A stretch of 38,099 nucleotides of DNA from Candidatus Krumholzibacteriia bacterium (GCA_046754105.1 JBHHVD010000024.1:1-38099); one strand, 5' to 3'. Shown: positions 27,308 to 36,445, counted from the stretch's first letter. The notes: a model not told the origin generated them from the sequence alone. Numbers and translations are program-made.

Positions 27308-28816
27308 TGCAAAGATTTTCGTGTCCGGGTGCCACCGCACGTGGCCGCCGTTGCCTGCCCACCACAGCCGGACCGCGTTGACCTCCTGGTCGTTCGCGCC
27401 GGCGGCCACAGAGGCGTTAAAGCGGAACGAGATCGGGATATGGGCCGAGAGGTGCTCGTGCGCGTCCTTGCGCACCCGCGGTGTCGGGCTGGAGTCCATC
27501 AGATCGATGAGCACCGGTATCCCCTTTGCTTCACCCAGTTCGAGAAGCTCTTCGGCCATTTCCACCTTCAGGTACTCGTCCGTTTCCACGGCGACCGCCT
27601 TGAGCAGCGGACCCGTGCTCGAGCGATCGCCAAGCGCTTTTACACACTCGAGCGCCGACTCGCGCACGAGGTCATCCACATCTACGAGAAGCGAGTGCAC
27701 CGCGGGCAATTGATCCCGCTGTCCGCGCGCCGCCACGAGGTCGCACGCGCCGGCGCGGACTTCCGGCTCCGGATCGTCGAAGAGGTGCGGCACCACCGGT
27801 ATCGCCCGGCCCCAAAGCTCGGGGTCGGTCTCCAGCATCTTCAGCACGGCGAGGCGCTGGTTTTTTACGGGGCTATGGATCATCTCCAGCGGATCGTTTC
27901 CCTCGCTTTTCTCTAGCAGGCGGCTCGCAAAGGCGAAAACGACCAGGATCGCTGCGACGGCCGCGACCTTCCCCAGCTGCCGCCCCCGCGACGGGAACGC
28001 GATAACAAAACGGAAGGCGGCGGCTACAATCAGCACCGCGGCAAAACCGACCACGATCGTGGGCCCGGACGGCAGGTCTTTTGCGTACGAAACCACGACC
28101 CCGAAGAAGCTCACCACCGTGCCCACGCTCCAGCCGATAATGAGGCGCGGGCCAAGACGCCGCGCAAAAAGCACGGCCACAACGGCGGGAATGATCAGGT
28201 AGCTGAACACGAGCAGCACACCCGCGATGGCGACGGCGTTGGTCACGACAACGCCGAACGACATGTAGAAAAGAAAATCCCAAAGCCGGACGTTGATCCC
28301 TTGCGCTTCGGCCTTCTCGGCGCTTTCCGAAATCAAGAGAAAACGCCGCCTGTAGACGTAATGAAATACGCCCACCGCGGCGTACAACAGCGCCGTATAG
28401 ACAATCGTACTGCCCCGCACCCACAGAATGCTCCCCGACAGCATCTCCCGGACCTCGTCGGCCCCGTGCGGTAGATGCGCGCTGGCGAGAATGGTCGCGG
28501 CCAGCGATACGGCGTAGGCGATACCGATGATCGCCTCCTGGGGAACGCGTTCGTGCCGCGTACGGGTGAACGAGAAGACGGCCGCACCCGCGCCCGCGAA
28601 CGCCAGGGAAAACCCCCGGATCGCCCAGGGGTCCTCGTGCAGCTCGTACCCGAGCAGCACGCCGTAGACGGCGCCGAGGGCGGCGATCTGAGCGAGGGCG
28701 AGATCGACGAAGATCACCTTGCGGGTGATCACGTGGATGCCGAGATAGACGTGAATACCGGCAAGCACCAGGCAGACGAGAAACGGGTAGATCATCGAAC
28801 CGGCCAGCTGTTCCAT
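27296..28816 (-). CDS. ZnuB/ABC-3-type metal permease fused to a C-terminal HEAT-repeat domain
   Basis: IFVDLALAQIAALG, QEAIIG, GVLLVFSYLIIPA and DLPSGPTIV motifs; then repeats DPEPEVRAGAC / DDLVRESALEC / DEYLKVEMAE / PRVRKDAH. Confidence 0.85.
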   Translation of the reverse strand: MEQLAGSMIYPFLVCLVLAGIHVYLGIHVITRKVIFVDLALAQIAALGAVYGVLLGYELHEDPWAIRGFSLAFAGAGAAVFSFTRTRHERVPQEAIIGIAYAVSLAATILASAHLPHGADEVREMLSGSILWVRGSTIVYTALLYAAVGVFHYVYRRRFLLISESAEKAEAQGINVRLWDFLFYMSFGVVVTNAVAIAGVLLVFSYLIIPAVVAVLFARRLGPRLIIGWSVGTVVSFFGVVVSYAKDLPSGPTIVVGFAAVLIVAAAFRFVIAFPSRGRQLGKVAAVAAILVVFAFASRLLEKSEGNDPLEMIHSPVKNQRLAVLKMLETDPELWGRAIPVVPHLFDDPEPEVRAGACDLVAARGQRDQLPAVHSLLVDVDDLVRESALECVKALGDRSSTGPLLKAVAVETDEYLKVEMAEELLELGEAKGIPVLIDLMDSSPTPRVRKDAHEHLSAHIPISFRFNASVAAGANDQEVNAVRLWWAGNGGHVRWHPDTKIFASGE

Positions 28817-29862
28817 CACGCCCCCCCCTCGAGCGGCCCGCCGATCTGCGAGATCAGGTAATCCATCAGCTCGAAATACGTGTTCACTCCCTCGGCCGCG
28901 CCGAGATCGATGGGAACGGCGACGACGCTCGCTCCGGTCCGTCCGGCGATGTAGTCCGACGACGACCGGTTATAGAAACTCGACAACAGCAGGACCTTGA
29001 TCCCGTTTTGCGTGACCGTGCGGATGACGTGGTCGCGGTGTTTCGCCGACGGCGTGATCCCCGGCTTTTCCTCGATCTCCAACGCGATATCGAGACCGAA
29101 GCGCCGCGCGAAGTAGATCCACGTCTTGTGGTAGGTCACGACCTGTTTGCCCCGCAGCGCCTCGGCTTTTTTGAGCCAGCCGCCGAGCTGCGCGGACAGG
29201 CCCTTGCTATCCACGTACTCGAAGAGCCTTCCCCGCTCGGCGAGGCGCGTGAGCTTGCGGGCACCGACGTCTGCCACCAGCCGCTCGCCGAAGAGCGCGT
29301 TGTCCAGCCGGGCGTTGAAGGCGGCGAGCCTCCTCGCATAGTGCTCCGCGTGAGCACCGTCGACGGCCGCCAGCCCGTTCGCGATGTTCTCGGCCATCCT
29401 CTTGACGTTGACCGGGTCGAGCCACACGTGCGGGTTGCCGTAGGGATGAACGTCTCCCCATTCGCGCGACAGGACCTCTGGAAGCTCCATCGTGGAGATA
29501 CCGGCGGAGGCGACGATACGACCCGGCTGCCCCGCCTGGATGGAGGGATTTCCCGCGCCGTCGATCACCTTTTGTGCCCACAGCTCCAGCTGCAATCCCA
29601 CCTCGATGAAGACGTCGGCATCACGCGTCTTTTTCATGAGGGTCGGCCGGGGCTGGACGAAATGGGGATCCTGCCGCGGGTCGCCGAGGCTCTGCACCTC
29701 GACGCGCTCTCCCCCGACCTCTCGCGCCAGGTATTCGAGGATCGACAGCGTGGTGACCACTTCGAGTTTGTCCTGCCCGCGAGCCGACACGGGCGAGGCC
29801 GCGATCACGCCGGCCGCGGCGAGCAGCCACAGGGCCCGTCGCAAGTTACGGTGTGCTTTCAT
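28816..29862 (-). CDS. Cluster A-I metal-binding periplasmic protein (ZnuA-like)
   Basis: Start ATG 29862 with GGAGG RBS; signal peptide; QDPHFV, GDVHPYGNPHVWLDP, TYHKTW and EEKPGI motifs. Confidence 0.9.
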   Translation of the reverse strand: MKAHRNLRRALWLLAAAGVIAASPVSARGQDKLEVVTTLSILEYLAREVGGERVEVQSLGDPRQDPHFVQPRPTLMKKTRDADVFIEVGLQLELWAQKVIDGAGNPSIQAGQPGRIVASAGISTMELPEVLSREWGDVHPYGNPHVWLDPVNVKRMAENIANGLAAVDGAHAEHYARRLAAFNARLDNALFGERLVADVGARKLTRLAERGRLFEYVDSKGLSAQLGGWLKKAEALRGKQVVTYHKTWIYFARRFGLDIALEIEEKPGITPSAKHRDHVIRTVTQNGIKVLLLSSFYNRSSSDYIAGRTGASVVAVPIDLGAAEGVNTYFELMDYLISQIGGPLEGGA

Positions 29863-29873
29863 TCGTGTTCCTC

Positions 29874-31148
29874 CTAGCGGCTTACCCAGTAGGGCTCGAC
29901 CGGATGTGATCCGAAAACGAAATTGACTTCGACAAACCCGGTGTCCAGGTTGTCCAGCGCCGGCACATCGCTCGTCTGGTGCTCGTAGCCGACGCGCAAA
30001 CGGAGAAACTCCGTCGTGTAATAGCTCAGGAAGGCGCCGACGCTGCGGCTCTCCACTGCGGCGTCGAGAACGTTTTCCGTAAAGTCGTAACGCGCACCCA
30101 GGTACGTTCGGCGGTTGAACTGGTACTGGCCCCACCCGTAATAGCCAAGCGGCGTTACCAGGCCGCCGGCCTGATCAATGTCGGCGGCGAACAACTCCCC
30201 GCCCAGGAGCAGGGACCGCCATTCCCCCTGGCCGAAAGGTTTCCACTTGTAGGTGAAGTCGATGCCGTAGAGTTTCGTGTCCAGATCGCCTGCGGGATCA
30301 AACTGGCCACGGTAGTACGACGCGCCGACCTCCAGGTCGTGTCCCGCGGCCACGTCCCAAAACCACTTCAGGTGACCGAGCGCGGCGGGGTCGGCGCCGG
30401 CGTTGCCCGCCGCGGCGGGCAGGTCTCCGCCGTTCAGGAGATCGACCGTCGCCTCGAGCGTGTTCCCCTCCCCGGGCGTGGGGACGAAAAACTGGGCGGA
30501 GACGCCGTTCTGGATGAAGCCCTCTTCGCCCAGGAACGCCCGCAGCGGCAACGGGCGGCTCACCTGCGGCAGGTCGTGGGTGTGGATTTTGTTGAAACGC
30601 CCGAACTCCGGACGGTAGCGCCCGGCCTTGAGCTTGAGCCCCCACGGAGCCCAGTCGAGCACGGGCAGTTTCTTGAGGGTTACGTAGCCCTCTTCGATCT
30701 CGGTCTGAAAGCTGTTGGGCACCTCCGACTCCCAGGTCGTAATCACGACGGCGTCGGCCCACGGGTCGACCGCCGCCCGGAAATCCACTTCGACCTCGCG
30801 CAGGTTGAGCCGGTCGTCGATGGCGTCGCCTTCCTCGGTGAGCACGGGGTCGCTGTCCAGGCGGCCGATGAAATTGCCGAAGGCAGTGAGGCGGGGGTTG
30901 AAGACGTTCAAGCGCTGGGCCTTGGGAGCGGCGGCGCGCGCGTTGCGCGCGGCTTCCGCCTCGAGGGCGTCGATCAGCCGTTCGAGCTCCTCGAGCCGTT
31001 CGCCGTGCTTCCGTTCCAGGACTTCGATCTTCTTGACCAGCGCCTCGACCCTCGGGTCATCCTTGCCCGCATTCGGTTCCTGAGCGGATGCCGGCTGGAC
31101 GAGGCCGACTGCGAGGACGAGTCCTGCGGTGCGGAGCATTCTGCGCAT
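29874..31148 (-). CDS. Outer-membrane channel/receptor of the metal-uptake operon
   Basis: Start ATG 31148 (AAGGAG RBS); signal peptide, coiled coil, NLREVEV, FGRFNKIHTH and terminal FGSHPVEPY motifs; beta strands. Confidence 0.8.
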   Translation of the reverse strand: MRRMLRTAGLVLAVGLVQPASAQEPNAGKDDPRVEALVKKIEVLERKHGERLEELERLIDALEAEAARNARAAAPKAQRLNVFNPRLTAFGNFIGRLDSDPVLTEEGDAIDDRLNLREVEVDFRAAVDPWADAVVITTWESEVPNSFQTEIEEGYVTLKKLPVLDWAPWGLKLKAGRYRPEFGRFNKIHTHDLPQVSRPLPLRAFLGEEGFIQNGVSAQFFVPTPGEGNTLEATVDLLNGGDLPAAAGNAGADPAALGHLKWFWDVAAGHDLEVGASYYRGQFDPAGDLDTKLYGIDFTYKWKPFGQGEWRSLLLGGELFAADIDQAGGLVTPLGYYGWGQYQFNRRTYLGARYDFTENVLDAAVESRSVGAFLSYYTTEFLRLRVGYEHQTSDVPALDNLDTGFVEVNFVFGSHPVEPYWVSR

Positions 31149-31156
31149 GGGTTTCT

Positions 31157-31240
31157 CCTTCTGCAAACGAATTGCGTGGCGCCCGGCCGCGTCCGGGCGG
31201 CCGCGGCGCCCTACCTGCTGGCACGCGTGTTTACAAAAGG
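31157..31240 (-). promoter_or_regulatory. Predicted SD-sequestering mRNA structure between the RGPP leader and the OM-channel gene
   Basis: CCUUUUGUAAAC (31240-31229) pairs with GUUUGCAGAAGG (31168-31157): 12 bp with two G-U, covering AAGG of the SD. Encloses a 13-bp GC hairpin at 31178-31210. Confidence 0.6.
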
Positions 31241-31641
31241 CTGGGAGGGCCCCTCGGCGAGGCGCTGTCTCCGTGGTATTGCCCGCGGGGGATTGCGAAG
31301 AGTCCCGCGGCCATAAGAGCTCCCTGCAGCGAAGGAGGGGGAAATGGGGCTGTCTGGCAGATGCCGGGAGGCTGATTGCTGGAACACACCGGGCAGGTCG
31401 TCGGCCCGTGATGCCGCGCGTGTGGGTGATGGTGGTGCCCGGGCCGCGAGCAGGACCCCTCGCAGGACGGCTCGAAGACCGGGCCTCCATGCCGTGGAGC
31501 GGCAGCGACGCCGCACTCCACCTCTGCGGCGGCCTCGGCCATCGCGTGACCGACGATGTGCAGCAACGGCACGACCGCCGCCTGCGTCACGTAGAGCAGA
31601 CAGAGCAGCACACCCATGTATCGCGAGGATTGTCGTGTCAT
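31231..31641 (-). CDS. DUF2946-like His/Cys-rich leader protein with C-terminal RGPP motif
   Basis: N-terminal hydrophobic segment, CEGSCSRPGHHHHPHARHH, CPVC and SPRGPPSLL*; directly upstream of the OM channel gene. Start uncertain. Confidence 0.75.
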   Translation of the reverse strand: MTRQSSRYMGVLLCLLYVTQAAVVPLLHIVGHAMAEAAAEVECGVAAAPRHGGPVFEPSCEGSCSRPGHHHHPHARHHGPTTCPVCSSNQPPGICQTAPFPPPSLQGALMAAGLFAIPRGQYHGDSASPRGPPSLL

Positions 31642-31767
31642 CCGGAAACCCGTGCCCAGCATAGTAGCCGGCCCGGTTCGTTTCAACAAAAATTGCGCGC
31701 TACGGGACGTGGGCCCAACCCGCGTTTCGCGTCCGGGGCGGGCGCTGGGTGTCGCCGCCGCCGGGAC

Positions 31768-32631
31768 TTAGACCAGTGCGGGTTCTATCTCGAGGGCGCC
31801 GGAGCTTGCAACGGCGGGCAGGGCGAGGTGTACCGGCTCCCTCCCGACGACGGTGGATTGCCCGGGCTTGAGAATGCGGACGTCCGTCAGGGGGGCCCTT
31901 CGCGAGGCCTCGAGCTCGAACGCGCGCGCGGGACGCCGCAGAAAACCGGCCTTCCGCCACCACGGCCCGACCGGGTGCAGCGTGCCCCAGTGGATGGGAA
32001 CGGCCACGCGGGGCCTGAGCATGCTGAGCGCATCCGCCGCCTGCGCGGGGTCCATGTGGTCTCCGCGCAGGTACGGGCCGCATCCCCAAATGGGTACCAT
32101 CGCCGCCTCGATATCGAAGGCCTCGCCCAATTCGCGCATGTCGTCGAAGAGCGCCGTGTCCCCGATAAAGAAGACCGTGTGGTCGCCCTCGAACATGTAG
32201 CTCAGCACCGCCTTCGGGTACCAGAACGGCCAGTAAAAGCCTGAGTCGTGCTGTGACGGCGTCGCTTGGACGCGGACGCCGCCGACGTCCAGGGTATCGC
32301 CCACCCGCATTTCGACGACGTCGTGCGGGACGTTCTTGCACAGGTACCGGGGGGCTCCCTTTGGCGCGATGATGGGGACGTCCCGTGGAATCATGCGGAG
32401 TGACGCGTAGTCCATATGGTCGAAGTGCATGTGCGAGAGCACAACCGCGTCAATGTCGTGGAGATCGATCGATCCGGTCGAAAGACCGGAACGGCGTTTC
32501 AGGAAACGGAATCTGTGACGAAGAACGGGGTCGGTGAGTATCCGGACTCCCGAGGTTTCCACGACGGTGGTGGCGTGACCTACAAATGTGATGCGGGTGC
32601 TACCGTTGGTGAGGCACTGCTGGGAACGCAA
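31768..32631 (-). CDS. MBL-fold metallo-hydrolase (UlaG/RomA-like)
   Basis: TTG start after AGGAG; ITFVGHAT, ILTDPV, SHMHFDH, FIGDT and PIHWGT motifs. Confidence 0.88.
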   Translation of the reverse strand: MRSQQCLTNGSTRITFVGHATTVVETSGVRILTDPVLRHRFRFLKRRSGLSTGSIDLHDIDAVVLSHMHFDHMDYASLRMIPRDVPIIAPKGAPRYLCKNVPHDVVEMRVGDTLDVGGVRVQATPSQHDSGFYWPFWYPKAVLSYMFEGDHTVFFIGDTALFDDMRELGEAFDIEAAMVPIWGCGPYLRGDHMDPAQAADALSMLRPRVAVPIHWGTLHPVGPWWRKAGFLRRPARAFELEASRRAPLTDVRILKPGQSTVVGREPVHLALPAVASSGALEIEPALV

Positions 32632-32840
32632 TTTTCTCTCCTGCTGCTTGAGACTAACCCGCTCGACTTGCCTTCTCGGGTATGAGATGCTAGGCGTACC
32701 GAGAGAACTGATTGAAACGCAGAGGAATTGGAAAGCAATTTTCAGGCCCGGGCGGAACCGGCCTTTCGCGGCCATTAGAGCCTGGCGACGGGACCTAATA
32801 TGCACTAATTCGGTAGTAACATGGGCAATCCGCCAGTCGA

Positions 32841-34895
32841 ATGCAACGTCTAAATATCAGATTTCGCCTCATCCGCGATATCGTGTTGCGGTATACGCTG
32901 GTATGGGTCGCGGACGCGGTTTCGATCGCCGTTGCGGCGTTCCTGCTGCCGGGCATCTACTTCCTGCGGGGGGACCGCTTCTGGTACCTGCACCCCTTCA
33001 CGGTGGCGCTGCTCTTCGGGCTTCTGAACGCCCTGGTGCGCCCCATGCTGATCATCCTGCTCCTCCCCATCACCTTCGTCACGCTAGGCCTGGCAACCCT
33101 GGTGCTCAATTCGGCCCTGTTCTATTTCACGCCGGTCCTCGTGCAGACGTTCGTCATCGAGAGCTTCGGAGCCGCCGTCGTGGGGCTGCTGGTACTTACC
33201 CTCGCCAACACGCTGCTCGGCAACCTTATCCAGCTTGGAGACGACTATTCGTTCTACGCCACCCTGATGAACAAGTTCAGCACCCTGACCCGCCCCCGGC
33301 AGGTGGATCTCCACAATCGCGGCCTGCTCGTCCTGCAGATCGACGGGCTTTCCTATGGCAGCTTCAAACAGGCGGTCAAGAAGGGCAAAGTGCCGTTCTT
33401 GAGCGCTTTGCTCAAGCGGAGAAGACACGTGATCCGTAAGTGGTTTTCGGGGCTGCCCTCCCAGACGTCCGCGGTGCAGGCGGGCATCTTCTACGGCAGC
33501 AGCTACGATGTACCCGGGTTCCGCTGGTACGATAAGAAGGCCGGAAAGATGGTCGTGTCGTCGAGCGCGTCCGACCTGCGGGCGATCGACGAGCGGATCG
33601 GCGCGGGCCGGCGGTCGATTCTGGCCGGCGGCACGTGCATCAATACCCTCGTCCACGGCAATGCGGGCAAGAAGATCCTGACCGTCAGCTCGCTCAGCGA
33701 CAAAGACATCAAGCATCACCGGGGTGAGCTGGAGGATTTCGCTATTTTTTCCCTGCACCCGCACCTGTACACGCGGACGATCCTGTTTATGCTCTGGGAT
33801 TTCCTCGTCGACCGTGTCGAGGCGGGTATCGAGTTCATGAAGCGCGGGAATCCGAGACTGGTACGGACCGTGAAATTCTCGCTGCACCGCGCGGTCGGCA
33901 ACGCGTGTTTCCGCGAAATCACGTCCTTTTTCGTCCGTGAGGATATCGTTCGCGGCATGCCGATCATCTTTGCGAACTTCATCGGCTACGACATGGTCGC
34001 CCATTATGCCGGCCCCGACTCGCTAAACGCGCTGAGCACCCTGACAGGAATCGACCGCCGTTTCAAACAGATAAACCGCACCATTCGCAAGAAGGCCAGC
34101 AAGCATTTCGACGTCATCATCTTGTCGGACCACGGGCAGACCCGCTGCGTCTCTTTTGCAGGACTCTACGGCAAGTCGCTGGACCGGGTCATCCAGGACA
34201 AGCTGGATAACCGGCGCGTCGGGCGGCCGGTGACGGGAGAGCTCGCCTACCTCGACACGCTGCTGCGCGAGATGCGCGTGGTCGAGGAGGCCTACGGGAC
34301 GCGTCCCATCCGGCGGGGACGCAGGACGCTCGAAAGACTGCACGCAAAGATCAAGCAGGAAGCGGTCGAAGAGAAGGCGGCCGGCAACGTCGTGGTGTGT
34401 CCCAGCGGCAACCTCGCCCACGTGTACTTCACCGAGGTTCCCGACCGGCTGCCCACGGAGTACGTGATCGAAAAGTACCCGGCACTGCTCGGGGGGCTCG
34501 TATCGCACCCCGGCGTCGGCTTTGTCATCACGACAAACCGTGACGGCGAGCTGATGATGATGGGCAAAGAGGGCATGAGACGCCTGCGCTCAGGCCATGT
34601 GGAGGGCTCGGACCCGCTCTCCGCGTACACGAACGGCTCGGACGACCGCGGGACGATCGACGCGCTGGTGCAGATGAGCGGCTATCCAAACGCCGGGGAC
34701 CTGGTCGTGAATGGAGCGATACGGCCCGATGGGTCGGTGGTCAGTTTCGAGAATCAACGGGGCACGCACGGGGGGTTGGGCGGCGAGCAGACCGAGCCTT
34801 TTATCATCTACCCGCGGCGGTTTCGGGGCAAGCGCGACCAGGTGTCGGACCCGGTCGACGTGCACGATTTCATCATGGGGCTGCTTCCGTCCTGA
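32841..34895 (+). CDS. 4-TM holin-like (YvlD/DUF360-type) domain fused to an alkaline-phosphatase-superfamily domain
   Basis: GLLNALVRP...LPITFVTLGL..LVLN membrane motif; QIDGL, PSQTS, YDMVAH, LSDHGQ and HGGLGG motifs. Confidence 0.85.
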   Translation: MQRLNIRFRLIRDIVLRYTLVWVADAVSIAVAAFLLPGIYFLRGDRFWYLHPFTVALLFGLLNALVRPMLIILLLPITFVTLGLATLVLNSALFYFTPVLVQTFVIESFGAAVVGLLVLTLANTLLGNLIQLGDDYSFYATLMNKFSTLTRPRQVDLHNRGLLVLQIDGLSYGSFKQAVKKGKVPFLSALLKRRRHVIRKWFSGLPSQTSAVQAGIFYGSSYDVPGFRWYDKKAGKMVVSSSASDLRAIDERIGAGRRSILAGGTCINTLVHGNAGKKILTVSSLSDKDIKHHRGELEDFAIFSLHPHLYTRTILFMLWDFLVDRVEAGIEFMKRGNPRLVRTVKFSLHRAVGNACFREITSFFVREDIVRGMPIIFANFIGYDMVAHYAGPDSLNALSTLTGIDRRFKQINRTIRKKASKHFDVIILSDHGQTRCVSFAGLYGKSLDRVIQDKLDNRRVGRPVTGELAYLDTLLREMRVVEEAYGTRPIRRGRRTLERLHAKIKQEAVEEKAAGNVVVCPSGNLAHVYFTEVPDRLPTEYVIEKYPALLGGLVSHPGVGFVITTNRDGELMMMGKEGMRRLRSGHVEGSDPLSAYTNGSDDRGTIDALVQMSGYPNAGDLVVNGAIRPDGSVVSFENQRGTHGGLGGEQTEPFIIYPRRFRGKRDQVSDPVDVHDFIMGLLPS

Positions 34896-34974
34896 GTATT
34901 GTCAATCGTGCGCCTTTGTGGCATACTGGCCCCACGGCCCGCAAGTGGATTTTCCAAACGACAAGAAGGCTCCC

Positions 34975-35601
34975 ATGGCAGGCATCGCCGCGGCTCAAAC
35001 GCCGGCCGGGACCGGTTCGCTCCTGGAGTTCGACCCGAGGAGCTTCCCCGGTTTCCGCCACATCTTCGGCAACGATAACCCGGTCGAGATCGAGATCGGC
35101 TGCGGTAAGGGCAAGTTCCTGATCGCGCGCGCGATGGAGCACCCCGAGATTAATTTCCTGGGTATCGACGTGTCGTGGAAATGGATGAAGTACGGAGTGC
35201 AGCGTTCGGACAGGAGGGGCTTGAGAAACGTGAGATTCGCCAAGAAGGACGCACGCGAGGTGGTGGCACGGGCGATCCCCGACGGAAGCGTTTCGGCGTT
35301 TCACATATATTTTCCCGATCCGTGGCCGAAGCGCCGCCACCACAAGCGGCGCCTCATCACGGGCGCGTTCTTGGCCCTGACGGCGCGGCGTCTGGCGGAA
35401 AGCGGTATCATCGAGCTGGCGACGGACCATGACGATTACTTTATGCAGATGCGGCTTGCGGTCGTTCAGAGCGGTGTCGCCTGGCGCACAACGGAAGAAA
35501 CAACGAACGACCGCCTCTTCGCCGCAGGCGCAAGAACCAACTACGAATTGAAGTACGAATCGGCGGGCAGGACGCTCCACTACCTCGAGCTCGTCAAATA
35601 G
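34975..35601 (+). CDS. trmB: tRNA (guanine46-N7)-methyltransferase
   Basis: EIGCGKG, FPDPWPKRRHHKRR, ATD and TNYE motifs. Start approximate. Confidence 0.93.
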   Translation: MAGIAAAQTPAGTGSLLEFDPRSFPGFRHIFGNDNPVEIEIGCGKGKFLIARAMEHPEINFLGIDVSWKWMKYGVQRSDRRGLRNVRFAKKDAREVVARAIPDGSVSAFHIYFPDPWPKRRHHKRRLITGAFLALTARRLAESGIIELATDHDDYFMQMRLAVVQSGVAWRTTEETTNDRLFAAGARTNYELKYESAGRTLHYLELVK

Positions 35602-35632
35602 TCCGTAACTCAAGTAATAACAAGGAGAGCAA

Positions 35633-36211
35633 ATGCACGACGACCCAATCGCGCGGTTCAAGGACGCGTTGTCACGAGCTGAGAAATCGGGGATCGAGCT
35701 GCCCAATGCCGCGGCGTTCGCCACGAGCGGCAAAGACGCCCGGCCGACGGTGAGAATGCTCCTGCTCAAGGAGGCGGACCGGGAAGGCTTCGTCTTCTAC
35801 ATGAATATGAACAGTCCAAAGGCCCGCCAGCTGCGGGACAACGCGCGCGCGTCCGCTTGTTTCTGGTGGCCCGCGCTGCAGGAGCAGGTGCGCGTGGAGG
35901 GATCGGTCGAGGCGGTGAGCAACGATGAGGCGGATTCGTACTTTGCAACGCGCCCGCGCGGAAGCCAGATCGGCGCGTGGGCGTCTGATCAAAGCAGCGA
36001 GCTGGCGTCCCGCGACGAACTTATCCACGCCGTCGAGGCGGTGACGGCCCGGTACGGCGAAGGGCCGGTACCGCGCCCGCCGCATTGGTCCGGGTACCGG
36101 CTGGTGCCGGAGTGCATCGAGTTCTGGGTGGGTAAGCCGGACCGCCTGCACGAGCGCGAGTTGTACACGCGCGACGGAGAGGACTGGCGTATCGTGCTGC
36201 TCGCTCCGTAA
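35633..36211 (+). CDS. pdxH: Pyridoxine/pyridoxamine 5'-phosphate oxidase
   Basis: RMLLLK, QVRVEG, YFATRPRGSQIGAWASDQS, RPPHWSGY and EFW...RLHER motifs. Confidence 0.96.
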   Translation: MHDDPIARFKDALSRAEKSGIELPNAAAFATSGKDARPTVRMLLLKEADREGFVFYMNMNSPKARQLRDNARASACFWWPALQEQVRVEGSVEAVSNDEADSYFATRPRGSQIGAWASDQSSELASRDELIHAVEAVTARYGEGPVPRPPHWSGYRLVPECIEFWVGKPDRLHERELYTRDGEDWRIVLLAP

Positions 36212-36224
36212 TAAGCGGCCGGCA

Positions 36225-36415
36225 CGATGCGGGTGGCAGCGAACGGGCGCCGGCGTCAGGCCAGGGTGGGCTCGGGGTTGTCGACGGAACGTTCGCAGGA
36301 GCGAGCGAGGATCATCCCGCGTAGCGGGATAGCCGAGCGAAGCGGGCGACGAGACGGAGGCACGCCCCGAGCCCAACCCTGCAAGTTGTGCTTTTCGCTG
36401 CTACCCGCATCGGGC
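36225..36415. repeat. Nested palindromic intergenic element between convergent pdxH and acs
   Basis: Outer IR CGATGCGGGTGGCAGCGAA (36225-36243) / TTCGCTGCTACCCGCATCG (36394-36412); inner IR CAGGGTGGGCTCGGGG / CCCCGAGCCCAACCCTG; core shared with 8532-8610. Confidence 0.85.
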
Positions 36416-36445
36416 TGCGGGCTTCTCGCGAAAAGCGCTAAGGGC

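Noticed and set aside
31680..31698. GCGCAATTTTTGTTGAAAC as a Zur/Fur-type box upstream of the RGPP leader
   Set aside because: Imperfect symmetry and spacing; cannot be distinguished from promoter sequence.
32841..33260. Holin-like domain as evidence of a prophage
   Set aside because: It is fused to a hydrolase domain and flanked by housekeeping genes; no phage genes in the window.
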